Below are positions 39,904 to 49,005 of a DNA stretch of 64,000 nucleotides, one piece after another. The notes beneath the pieces are model-generated. The model was given only the letters and a program-made list of their open reading frames with translations, made no database searches and was not told the DNA's origin. Origin of the DNA: Myxococcota bacterium (GTDB taxonomy: Bacteria; Myxococcota_A; UBA9160; UBA4427). Numbering within the stretch: the stretch's first letter is position 1; every line of letters starts with the position of its first letter. The translations under genes and the position numbers were made by a program. The stretch spans positions 3,168,001-3,232,000 of the forward strand of contig OZ252299.1 in NCBI GenBank assembly GCA_965250285.1, written 5' to 3'.

Positions 39904-40061
39904 GCTCTTTCTCTCCTTGGGCGAGGCTTGCCTCGTCTTCCATCTGAGCGCCGTTGTCCTCGCTACGACTGTGGCAGCGCACCGAGTAGGGGCGGCGACG
40001 GCAGTGGGCTCCAGATGCCCACCCGCGGCTCAGCTCCAATCTATGGGGCCCGCGAGTAATC

Positions 40062-40118
40062 AAGTTAGAGAGGACCGATCGCAGGAGACTCTCTCACTTT
40101 GAGGGGTTTTTCGGAGGG
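40062..40118 (-). promoter_or_regulatory. Putative activator box plus -10 for pad
   Basis: CCCTCCGAAAAACCCCT upstream of TAACTT; spacing within 1 nt of the other two. Confidence 0.5.
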
Positions 40119-40432
40119 TCGGCGCCCTCGTGGATGCTCACGCAGCTTCGAAGCCGAGCGTTGGCGAGGCGCTACTCCGCGCCTGACGCACCCTTCGCGA
40201 ATCGATCCAGCTCGAGCGCGAGAATCGAACAAGTGGAAGAGACCACCTGGTGAGGTGGCGCCACACATCCGAGTGGGGCAGCCAGCGGCTACGCGAGGCC
40301 GACGCCGAATCAGCTGCTGGAGGCCTCAACGCCTCGGGTCCCCGCGCGGAGTGATCGGATCCGGAACGAGACACGGGCCTGACGCTGCTCCTCCGCACCG
40401 ACCGACCGATCAAGCTGACGGGCCCGATGACG

Positions 40433-40455
40433 TGAAGCACGAGACCAGACTCGAA
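40433..40455 (-). repeat. Degenerate tRNA-Gly 3'-end copy
   Basis: TGAAGCACGAGACCAGACTCGAA, 21/23 to the tRNA end. Confidence 0.8.
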
Positions 40456-40605
40456 GGGGCGTTATTGCCGCAGGCGTCGTCGAAACACGCAGTCGCGCCA
40501 TCCACGAGACGGCACAGGCGGAGAGGCCCCGTAGTGTGGCAGTTGCCGAAGCTTGATCATCTTCCTCGTGACAGCCGCCCGAACCTTCGCAGGCTGCGGA
40601 ACTCT

Positions 40606-41247
40606 TCACTTGGAATCAGAACGGTCGGAGTAGCCATCCCTGATGCGGTGCAGCAGCGGAGCGAGCAATGGGAAGGCCATCCACACGAACGGGGCGCGGC
40701 GTGGTGCGGCCCATCCAGCCAGGCACGCGACAACGGTGATCACGAGCATCAGAATCGTCGACGACCGCGGCGAGGTGACCGCGCGGTTGGTCAGGGCCTG
40801 TTGGACGAAAAAAGAGCGTTCGACGCTCCACATGCGGTCCAGGGCGATTCCGCCCATGATCAGCGTCAGGGAGAACACGACCACGGACCACGGATTGTTG
40901 CGGTGCTCCGCGATCAATGCGGTGGTGAAAGGAATGACGGACACAGCGGCCAGGAAGGCGAAGTTCCAACCCATGAATGCCCTCGACCGGTGACCACCCC
41001 CTACGAGCAGTGCGTGCTGGACGATCCACAGTCGCGCCAGGATCGCGAAGCTCAAGACCCAGGCCAGGAAGTGAGGAAGCTGCCTCAACAGCGCGCGTTC
41101 GGTGAACTCGCCGGTCGCTTCAGGCTCGAGGTTCAGGGGATCGAGGGCGGGCAACTTCAGATCGAGCACGAGAAGGGTCAGCGCAATGGCGAAGACCCCA
41201 TCGCTCAACGCGGCAAGGCGAGACGAGTCGAACCGAGCCTGCCTCAT
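40606..41247 (-). CDS. TMEM175 (DUF1211) family K+ channel
   Basis: RLAALSDGVFAIALTLLVLDL, SFAIL..LW..QH, IPFTT. Confidence 0.9.
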   Translation of the reverse strand: MRQARFDSSRLAALSDGVFAIALTLLVLDLKLPALDPLNLEPEATGEFTERALLRQLPHFLAWVLSFAILARLWIVQHALLVGGGHRSRAFMGWNFAFLAAVSVIPFTTALIAEHRNNPWSVVVFSLTLIMGGIALDRMWSVERSFFVQQALTNRAVTSPRSSTILMLVITVVACLAGWAAPRRAPFVWMAFPLLAPLLHRIRDGYSDRSDSK

Positions 41248-41416
41248 CCCCTGATCGCCATATGGAACCCCTCCATCCATCGAAGGCTAGCTTGCCGTTG
41301 ACGTCTTAATCAGGCGGCCCCCTGACTGCGCGGGGGTGGTCGTGGATCGCGTGGTGCGGCTATGTGAAGAGAGCCGCTCCGGAAAGCTAAAGGCCTGGCG
41401 GGGTGACTTCTTGACA

Positions 41417-41675
41417 TGGAGCACGAGATCAGATTCGAACTGGCGTTCCCTTCGCGACGGCGCGCGGGGCTGGCGCGCGAACTGGCATCCCCTTCGCACA
41501 CTGGGCGCGCCCTTTCGGGCACACCCAGCGCGCTCATACGATCTGCTCGCTCATCGCTCGCAGATCGCCCTCAAGTTGGCATGCCTTGAGCGCACGAGCC
41601 TCTAGCCCGAAACCGGCTTCGAGCTCTGGATACAAAAACGGCCCGCCCCACTACGTGGGACGAGCCGATTTTGTA
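41417..41675 (-). repeat. tRNA-Gly-linked unit B (259 bp, internal 42-bp duplication/insert)
   Basis: Matches unit A; CGAACTGGCnTnCCTTCGC-type segment at both 41436 and 41478. Confidence 0.92.
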
Positions 41676-41891
41676 TGGAGCACGAGACCAGATTCGAACT
41701 GGCATTCCCTTCGCACATCAGTCCGCCGCTTCGCGGCGAACCGATGCGCTCATACGATCTGCTCGCTCATCGCTCGCAGATCGCCCTCAAGTTGGCATGC
41801 CTTAAGCGCACGGGCCTCTAGCCCGAAACCGGCTTCGAGCTCTGGATACAAAAACGGCCCGCCCCACTACGTGGGACGAGCCGATTTTGTA
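41676..41891 (-). repeat. tRNA-Gly-linked 216-bp unit A
   Basis: Abuts tRNA CCA; ends in an exact 28-nt copy of the tRNA 3' end. Confidence 0.95.
41847..41891 (-). terminator. Terminator-like hairpin after tRNA, repeated at 41631-41675 and 19049-19093
   Basis: CGGCTCGTCCCAC-GTA-GTGGGGCGGGCCG-TTTTT. Confidence 0.7.
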
Positions 41892-41967
41892 TGGAGCACG
41901 AGACCAGATTCGAACTGGCGACCCTCACGTTGGCAACGTGATGCTCTACCAACTGAGCTACTCGTGC
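41892..41967 (-). tRNA. tRNA-Gly (GCC)
   Basis: 76-nt cloverleaf: GCACGAG/CTCGTGC acceptor, TCACG-TTGCCAA-CGTGA anticodon arm, GTTCGAATC, TCCA end. Confidence 0.97.
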
Positions 41968-41988
41968 TTGAAACGGGTCGGGAGGCAG

Positions 41989-42017
41989 TTTTTAGGGAAG
42001 GGGGTCGGCGGCGTCAA
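41989..42017 (-). promoter_or_regulatory. Sigma70-like promoter of tRNA-Gly
   Basis: TTGACG-N17-TAAAAA with upstream A tract. Confidence 0.55.
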
Positions 42018-42202
42018 CCATCGACGGCGGCTCATTTTTTTCCTTGCTCGCCGAGCCCGGCGGCTCGACCTCTTCGGCCGGGTGGGCCCCGTGGGGTTCG
42101 GGCGGATCGGGCGGATCCGGGGGCGCGCCTTGGCCGATCGGCTGTTCGCCGCAGCTGGCTCGTCCGAGACTGCCGAAGATCGCCACCGCGCCGGCCGCCG
42201 AC

Positions 42203-43519
42203 CTAGAGCTTCGTGACCTTCTCGCCGTCGTGCTCGATACCGGCGGTCGCGTTGCGCGTATCGAAGACGCGCGGCACGTGGCGGATGATGCGCTCGTAGT
42301 CGGTGCCGTCGTGGTCGGTGAGGATCACGGCGATGTCGGTCGCATCGAGCAGCTCGTCGGTCATGTCGACGTTCTTGTAGCGGGCGCCGTCGATCTCGCA
42401 CTCGCTCACGAACGGGTCGTGGTACTTGATCTCGGCGCCGCGTGTCGCCAGCTGTGCGATCACGTCGAGGGCCGGTGACTCGCGCATGTCGCCGACGTTC
42501 TTCTTGTAGGCGATGCCCACGATCAGCACGCGCGCGCCGTTCACCGCGAGGCGGTCTTCGTTCAGCAGCTCGGCCACGCGATCGGTCACGTGCTCGGGCA
42601 TGCGCGAGTTGATCTCGATGGCGAGGTCGATGAAGCGGGCCGGGAAGTTCAGGCTCTTCATCTTCCAGGCGAGATACGAAGGATCGACGGGGATGCAGTG
42701 GCCGCCGAGGCCGGGCCCGGGCAGGAACTTCATGAAGCCGTAGGGCTTCGTCGCCGCCGCCTCGATCACCTCCCAGACGTCGAGGCCGAGGCGCTCGCAC
42801 ATCAGCGCGATCTCGTTGGCGAGGCCGATGTTGATGGCGCGGAACGTATTCTCGAGCAGCTTCACCATCTCGGCCGCCTGGGTCGAGCTGACGGGCACCG
42901 TCTCGTCGAAGACCGTGCCGAAGACCTTGCAGGCGAGCTCGGTGCAGATCGGCGTCTCACCGCCCACCACCTTCGGCACGTTCTGCACCTTGTAGGTCTG
43001 GTTGGCGGGGTCGATGCGCTCGGGCGCGAACGCGAGCGAGAAGTCGCGTCCGACCTTGAGGCCGCTCTCTTCGAGGGCGCCCACGAAGAGGTCGTGGGTC
43101 GTGCCGGGGTAGGTCGTCGAGCCGAGCACGACGAGCTCACCCGGGTGCAGCCGGTCGCGAATCTGCTCGACCGCCTGGGCCATGAACGAGACGTCGGGGT
43201 CCTTCGAGCGCGTGAGCGGCGTGGGCACGCAGACGTTCACGACCTGCACGCCGTGCAGGTCGTCGAAGTCGGTCGAGGCGCGCAGCTTGCCGGCCTCGAC
43301 CATCGCCGCGATGTCCTCGGTCGGAACGTCGCCGATGTACGACTGGCGCTGATTGATGAGCCGCACCTTCTCGGCGTCGATGTCGAAACCGATCACCGAG
43401 AAGCCGGCCTTCGCGAACTCGACGGCGAGCGGCAGGCCCACGTAGCCGAGGCCGATCACGCCGATGCAGGCGCTGCGGTCATCGATCTTGCGGCCGAGCT
43501 CTTCGAGGGGAGCGGACAT
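42203..43519 (-). CDS. Nucleotide sugar dehydrogenase (UDP-GlcNAc 6-dehydrogenase, WbpA/WecC-like)
   Basis: GLGYVGLP, CVPTP, PERIDP, KLLENTFR, GGHCIPVDP, AYKKNVGDMRESP. Confidence 0.93.
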   Translation of the reverse strand: MSAPLEELGRKIDDRSACIGVIGLGYVGLPLAVEFAKAGFSVIGFDIDAEKVRLINQRQSYIGDVPTEDIAAMVEAGKLRASTDFDDLHGVQVVNVCVPTPLTRSKDPDVSFMAQAVEQIRDRLHPGELVVLGSTTYPGTTHDLFVGALEESGLKVGRDFSLAFAPERIDPANQTYKVQNVPKVVGGETPICTELACKVFGTVFDETVPVSSTQAAEMVKLLENTFRAINIGLANEIALMCERLGLDVWEVIEAAATKPYGFMKFLPGPGLGGHCIPVDPSYLAWKMKSLNFPARFIDLAIEINSRMPEHVTDRVAELLNEDRLAVNGARVLIVGIAYKKNVGDMRESPALDVIAQLATRGAEIKYHDPFVSECEIDGARYKNVDMTDELLDATDIAVILTDHDGTDYERIIRHVPRVFDTRNATAGIEHDGEKVTKL

Positions 43520-43599
43520 GAGAAGGGACTCCTGGGGAGCCGGGTCTTCACCCGGGCGTTCAGGGATGAGTAACCGGTGGGGGACGGGCGGTGACGCCC

Positions 43600-44331
43600 T
43601 CAGGCCTCGTTTCCGAAATAATCGGAGAAGTACACCCAGCCCGACCAGAGGGTCAGGACCGAGGCCGCGAACAGCAGCACGAGCCCCAGCATGTGCGAGT
43701 CGATGCCGATCGTCGTGTAGTGGAAGAGCAGCGCGCCGACGGCGACGTTCTGCACGAAGGCCTTGAGCTTGCCCTGCCAGGCGGCGCCGACCGCGTGACC
43801 GTCGGTCGAGGCCATGCCCCGCAGGCCGGTCACCGCGAGCTCGCGGCCCACGATCACCACGACCATCCAGGCCGCCTCGACCGGGATGCGCCCGGCCGCC
43901 AGCAGCATGATGAGGGCCGTGCTGACGAGCAGCTTGTCGGCGAGGGGATCGAGCAGCTTGCCGAGTCGCGTGATGCCCTCGCCCCCGCCGCGCCGGGCGA
44001 GCCAGCCGTCGACCAGATCGGACACCGCCGCCACGATGAAGCACCAGGCCATGACCTGACTGCCGAACTTGGTCATGAAGAAGGGGAACGGGATCAGCAG
44101 CATCACCGGCACCATGGCGATGCGCGCGAACGTGATCGCGTTCGGCAGGTTCCAGATGACCTCGCGGCCCTGGCGCGTGCCGGCGAACTCGGAGCGACCC
44201 GACTCGGCGGCCGGCGGCACCACGGGATCGACCGTGGGCGGCAAGGCGCCCGGCGCCTGGGAGGCGTCTTCACCCGCAGTGGGGGCGATCGGCTGGGTGC
44301 TCTGGTCGGGCGGCAAGGGCTCCCGCTCCAT
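43600..44331 (-). CDS. pgsA: CDP-diacylglycerol--glycerol-3-phosphate 3-phosphatidyltransferase
   Basis: NLPNAIT, DLVDGWLAR...GKLLDPLADK, RELAVTGLR, GKLK. Confidence 0.93.
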   Translation of the reverse strand: MEREPLPPDQSTQPIAPTAGEDASQAPGALPPTVDPVVPPAAESGRSEFAGTRQGREVIWNLPNAITFARIAMVPVMLLIPFPFFMTKFGSQVMAWCFIVAAVSDLVDGWLARRGGGEGITRLGKLLDPLADKLLVSTALIMLLAAGRIPVEAAWMVVVIVGRELAVTGLRGMASTDGHAVGAAWQGKLKAFVQNVAVGALLFHYTTIGIDSHMLGLVLLFAASVLTLWSGWVYFSDYFGNEA

Positions 44332-44460
44332 CCCGGGCCGGCCGCGGCCCGGTGGTGATGCGCTGGTTGGCCAGCGGTCGACTCGATTTGCCGAGATCGG
44401 CCTCTCTGGCGCTTCTGGCGCTTCTGGCGGCGAGATCGGCGATCGCCCGTCGCCGTGCGG

Positions 44461-45114
44461 CTAGCGGCTCGCGAACTCGCGCAGGTAGCCGCGATAGTAA
44501 TCCAGAACCCGCACGACGTAAGCCTGGGTCTCGCGGTACGGAGGAATCCCGTCGTAGCGGTCGACGGCGGTCGGGCCGGCGTTGTACGCCGCGAGCGCGC
44601 GGTGGACGTCGCCGTAGCGGTCGAGCATGGCCCGCAGGTATCGCACGCCGCCGTCGATGTTCTCGGCCGCTTCGAACGGGGCGACGACACCCATCTCGTC
44701 GGCGGTGGCGGGCATCAGCTGCATCAGCCCCTGGGCCCCCGCGCGGCTGACGGCGTTCGGGTCGAAGGCCGACTCGGCGGCGATCACCGCCTTCACGAGG
44801 GCCGGCTCGACGCCGTGGCGGCGCCCGAGATAGTGGATCAACGCGTCGTAGGTGTCGTCCGCCGGCGCTCGCTGGCGACGCGGCTTCGCGAGCGAGGCCC
44901 CGCGGCGGCCGCGCGGCACACGCACCTCGCGGTACCGCCGGTCGGTGGGTCGGTCGCTGAAGTGCAGCACGCCGCGCTCGTCGATGTAGGTAAAGATGCC
45001 GCTACCGGCTTCGGCCGGCGTCGCTCCGCCCAGCACGAGCCCGACGCACACCGCCACCCAAGCGAGCGAGCGCACGGCGAGCCGGCGAGATCGATGCGTC
45101 GTGGGCGGGGACAC
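44461..45114 (-). CDS. SLT lytic transglycosylase with DUF4124-like N-terminus
   Basis: AES, GLMQL, AAYNAG, PPYRET; YIDERGVLHFSDRP. Confidence 0.92.
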   Translation of the reverse strand: MSPPTTHRSRRLAVRSLAWVAVCVGLVLGGATPAEAGSGIFTYIDERGVLHFSDRPTDRRYREVRVPRGRRGASLAKPRRQRAPADDTYDALIHYLGRRHGVEPALVKAVIAAESAFDPNAVSRAGAQGLMQLMPATADEMGVVAPFEAAENIDGGVRYLRAMLDRYGDVHRALAAYNAGPTAVDRYDGIPPYRETQAYVVRVLDYYRGYLREFASR

Positions 45115-45386
45115 GGGGCGGCGACTCCATCGAGGGCGCGGCGCTCGCGCCGCGGTTTCGCGCGTCGGATGAGGCGGACTTGCCCCGCGGGAATCGACCC
45201 TGGGCCATCGTCCCGTTAGACTCGCGTTTGATTCGTGATCCTTCTCCTATCGGAGCCCTCGCGAATCGGCCTGAGTCCCCTTCGCCCCCTCTTTGCTTCG
45301 CCTCGGTTCTCACGCCTGTGTCACACTGAGCGTCCCCGAGGGCACACCGACCTCGATGCCCGCTCCCCCCGGCCGGGCCCGCCACG

Positions 45387-47042
45387 ATGAGCACGTCCCC
45401 GATGACCGATCCTCAGCGATTCGACTTTCTCGTGCTCGGCAGCGGCCTCGCCGGCCTGCACTTCGCGCTGCGCGTGGCCGACCAGGGCGAGGTCGCGATC
45501 GTCACGAAGCGGCTCAGCAGCGAGGGGGCCACGAGCTGGGCCCAGGGCGGCATCGCTGCCGTCATGGCCGAGAGCGACAGCTTCGATGCACACGTGCGCG
45601 ACACGCTCGATGCCGGCGCCGGGCTGTGCGACGAAGACGTCGCGCGCTTCGTCGTCGAACGCGGTCCCGAGGCGATCGATGCGCTGCTCAAGTGGGGCGT
45701 CGAGTTCGACCGCCACGAAGATCCGGCCGTCGTCGAAGCCAACCAGACCCCCTTCGACCTTGGCAAGGAAGGCGCGCACAGCTTTCGCCGCATCCTGCAC
45801 GCCGCCGATGCGACCGGGCGCGCGATCAGCGAGAGCCTGCTCGCCCGTGCGCGGGCGAACCCGCGCATCCACTTCTTCGAGAATCACTGCGCCGTCGATC
45901 TACTGACGTCGCACAAGTCGGGCCGCACCGAGGCGAACCGCGCGCTCGGCGCCTACGTACTCGACGCGGGCACGGGCGAGGTGGTGCGTTTTCAGGCGCC
46001 GATCACGCTGCTCGCCACCGGCGGCGCGGGCAAGGTCTACCTCTACACGTCGAACCCCGACGTCGCGTCGGGCGACGGCATCGCGATGGCGTACCGCGCC
46101 GGCGCCACCGTCGCGAACATGGAGTTCATGCAGTTCCACCCGACCTGCCTCTACCACCCCGAGGCGAAGTCGTTCCTCATCACCGAGGCCGTGCGGGGCG
46201 AAGGCGGCGTGCTGCGCAGCGAATCGGGCGAGCCCTTCATGTCGAAGTACCACCCGCTGCGCGACCTCGCGCCCCGCGACGTGGTCGCCCGGGCCATCGA
46301 CACCGAGCTCAAGCGTTCGGGCGACGACTACGTGCTGCTCGACATCACGCACAAGCCGGCCGACTTCATCCGCAAGCGCTTTCCGACGATCCACCGGCGC
46401 TGCCTCGAGTTCGGTATCGACATGACCGAACGACCGATCCCCGTGGTGCCCGCCGCGCACTACTGCTGCGGCGGCGTGCGGACGAACCTGTCGGGCGAGA
46501 CCGACCTGCCCAACCTCTTCGCCGCGGGCGAGGTGACGAGCACCGGCCTGCACGGCGCAAACCGCCTGGCTTCGAACTCGCTGCTCGAGGCGATCGTCTT
46601 TGCCGAGGCCGCCGCGACGTCGGCCATCGAGCGCCACGGCGACGTCGAGATGCCCGAAGACGTCGCCCCCTGGCGCCACGGTGACGCGATCGAGAGCCAC
46701 GAAGCAGTGATCATCACGCAGAACTGGGACGAGATTCGGCGCTTCATGTGGAACTTCGTCGGCATCGTCCGCAGCGACCGGCGCCTCGCGCGCGCGTTCC
46801 ACCGCATCGAGATGCTCGACGACGAGATCAACCAGTACTACTGGAACTACCGTCTCACGCCCGATCTGGTCGAGCTGCGCAACCTCGCGGTCGTCGCCCG
46901 ACTCGTGGTCGAGTCGGCGCGGTTCCGCGACGAGAGTCGCGGCCTGCACTACAACCTCGACCATCCGAACCGCGACGACGGCCGATTCGCCTCCGACACG
47001 CTGATGCAGCGCGGCGAAGGGCCGCGGATCCGGCCGCGCTGA
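45387..47042 (+). CDS. nadB: L-aspartate oxidase
   Basis: [51 protein letters not shown]. Confidence 0.96.
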   Translation: MSTSPMTDPQRFDFLVLGSGLAGLHFALRVADQGEVAIVTKRLSSEGATSWAQGGIAAVMAESDSFDAHVRDTLDAGAGLCDEDVARFVVERGPEAIDALLKWGVEFDRHEDPAVVEANQTPFDLGKEGAHSFRRILHAADATGRAISESLLARARANPRIHFFENHCAVDLLTSHKSGRTEANRALGAYVLDAGTGEVVRFQAPITLLATGGAGKVYLYTSNPDVASGDGIAMAYRAGATVANMEFMQFHPTCLYHPEAKSFLITEAVRGEGGVLRSESGEPFMSKYHPLRDLAPRDVVARAIDTELKRSGDDYVLLDITHKPADFIRKRFPTIHRRCLEFGIDMTERPIPVVPAAHYCCGGVRTNLSGETDLPNLFAAGEVTSTGLHGANRLASNSLLEAIVFAEAAATSAIERHGDVEMPEDVAPWRHGDAIESHEAVIITQNWDEIRRFMWNFVGIVRSDRRLARAFHRIEMLDDEINQYYWNYRLTPDLVELRNLAVVARLVVESARFRDESRGLHYNLDHPNRDDGRFASDTLMQRGEGPRIRPR

Positions 47043-47064
47043 GCCCGGCCCCCGCTTCGACCCG

Positions 47065-49005
47065 ATGAAAGCAGACGGTGGCTTCGCGGCGACGTGCGCG
47101 CTGATGCTCGTGCTCTGCTGCTGCGTCTTCGGCTGCGCGTCGAAGGCCCCACCCGAGACGGCAGCGGCCCCCGAGCGCAGTCGGGTGCTTGCATCGCTGC
47201 CGAGCAGCGAGGCGGCCGAGCGCGAGCGAGCGGCGCGCCGCTCCGTGCAGGATGCGAGGGCGTTCCTCATGCAGGGCCGGCCCGAGGCGGCGCTGCGTGC
47301 GACCACCCGCGGCCTGCTCGCTCGCCCCGACGACGCGGCGCTGCTGCGCGAGCGGGCAAGGGCGCTGACGTGGCTCGGTCGCGTGGCCGAGGCCGAGACG
47401 GCCCAGGCGAATGCCGATCGACTCGATCCGCCCGCCCCACCCTTGCCCGATACGCCCCGCGCCGGCGCCTTCGACGATCTGCTGATCGTGCTGCAGGCGC
47501 CCGATATCGACCTCGGCTCAGAGCGTGCCGTCGCCGATGCGCGCGCGGCCCGCGCAGGAAGGCCGGCCCTCGTTGCGCGCTTGCGCACCCGACTCCCCGG
47601 CGTCGCTCTCGTCGAAGAAGCAAAGGCCGGCACCGACACCGTGCCCGACGCACGCGCCTGGCTCGTCGCTGCCGGTCGACCTCGCATCGCGGGCGTGCGC
47701 ATCGTGCGCGCGCTCTGCGGCGAGTCGGTCAAGGATGGGCGCTACGCCATCGCCAGCCTGCACCGCACCGAAGCGAGCCCGGCAGCGGCCACACCCGTCG
47801 ATGGCCCGGTGCGCTTCAGCGGCGCGCGCGAAGCCGACGACGCGGCGATCTGCGCGGAGCACGCGCTGGCCCGGGCTCTCGAGCGCTGGCTCGCATCGCC
47901 CTTCTTCGATGCGGGGACCGCGTCGCCTCAGTCTGCGGATGTCGCCGCTCCGGCCCCGCGGCCCGCGACGCCCGATCGTGAAACGGTGCTCGCCCTGATG
48001 CCGGGTCTCCGCGGGCGCATCGAGGCCGAGCACGCCTCGGCGCGGCGTGCCCTCTTCGTGGGCGACCTCGAGCGGGCGCGCGCCGCCTACACGCGCATTC
48101 GCACGCTCGACCCCGAAGACACCGACGTCACGGCGCACCTCGAAGAGATCGACGCGACGATCGAGCTCGGCCGCGAGCTCGCGGCGCTCGAAGCCGCCCA
48201 GCGAGGCGACGCTGCGGCGCCGCGCGCCCAAGACGCCCAGGCGGGGCTTCCGCCGGCGCTGACGCCAGCTCAGCGTGCGGCCCTCGAGGCCCAGCTCGAA
48301 GACGAGCGCCGCCGACGCGACGATCTGCTCGCCACCCTGGCCACCGTCAGCGGGGACCGGCGCGCCGCGCACGTGCCCGAGGCCGCGCTCCGCTCGACCG
48401 ACGTCGTCGATCCGCAGGCACCGGGCGTGCGCCGCGCGCTGGCGGCGCTCGAGTCGGGGGCCCCAGGCGGACCGATCGTCCCGGATCGGCTCCGGGTGAA
48501 GACGCTGCACGCGCCGAGCGGCGCGCTCCTCGCCCGCTACTACTTCGACGCACATGCCACGGCGCAGACCGTTGATGCACCGGCGCCGCCGCTCCTCGTC
48601 GAAGAAGACGTGAGCGGCGATGGCCAGCTCGATCGCTGGACGAGCTACCGAGACGGGATCCGCACGGCCGTCTGGGAGCAGCGTCGCGGCGACGACCTGC
48701 CCGATCTGCACGTGCACTACGACGCCGACGGCAGGTCGCCCGAGCGGCTCGAGCTCGATGCCGGGCTCGACGGTCGGCCCGACCGCGTGTACGAGTACGA
48801 GCGGGGCCGTCTGGTGCGCGCGGCCCGGGATACGAATGACGACGGAATCCCCGACCGATTCGATACGTTCGACGCCGACGGCCGCGTCGCCCTGCGCGAA
48901 GAAGACCTCACGGGCGACGGCCAGATCGATATCCGCACCACCTTCGTCGAAGGGCGTCTCGTGAAGCGCGAGCTGATGGATCCGGAGACCGTGATCGCGA
49001 GATGA
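47065..49005 (+). CDS. TPR-like lipoprotein with C-terminal DxxGDG-type repeats
   Basis: VFGC lipobox; DVSGDGQLD, DTNDDGIPD, DLTGDGQID. Confidence 0.65.
   Translation: MKADGGFAATCALMLVLCCCVFGCASKAPPETAAAPERSRVLASLPSSEAAERERAARRSVQDARAFLMQGRPEAALRATTRGLLARPDDAALLRERARALTWLGRVAEAETAQANADRLDPPAPPLPDTPRAGAFDDLLIVLQAPDIDLGSERAVADARAARAGRPALVARLRTRLPGVALVEEAKAGTDTVPDARAWLVAAGRPRIAGVRIVRALCGESVKDGRYAIASLHRTEASPAAATPVDGPVRFSGAREADDAAICAEHALARALERWLASPFFDAGTASPQSADVAAPAPRPATPDRETVLALMPGLRGRIEAEHASARRALFVGDLERARAAYTRIRTLDPEDTDVTAHLEEIDATIELGRELAALEAAQRGDAAAPRAQDAQAGLPPALTPAQRAALEAQLEDERRRRDDLLATLATVSGDRRAAHVPEAALRSTDVVDPQAPGVRRALAALESGAPGGPIVPDRLRVKTLHAPSGALLARYYFDAHATAQTVDAPAPPLLVEEDVSGDGQLDRWTSYRDGIRTAVWEQRRGDDLPDLHVHYDADGRSPERLELDAGLDGRPDRVYEYERGRLVRAARDTNDDGIPDRFDTFDADGRVALREEDLTGDGQIDIRTTFVEGRLVKRELMDPETVIAR

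Larger units (their letters stand above)
19094..41919. mobile_element. tRNA-Gly-anchored genomic island, ~22 kb cargo, no integrase seen
   Basis: Direct repeats of tRNA 3' end at both ends; accessory gene content; third codon positions look less GC-biased than in the flanks (not computed). Confidence 0.75.

Noticed and set aside
41417..41891. CRISPR array (constant repeats with variable ~37-nt segments)
   Set aside because: Constant parts are ~180 bp and tRNA-derived, variable parts are self-complementary, and there are no cas genes
41586..42206. ORF with repeated peptide, also echoed in ORFs at 18857 and 19093
   Set aside because: Translation of the non-coding repeats antisense to the tRNA
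44403..44430. Short TCTGGCGCT repeat between pgsA and the transglycosylase
   Set aside because: Under three copies, with no supporting context
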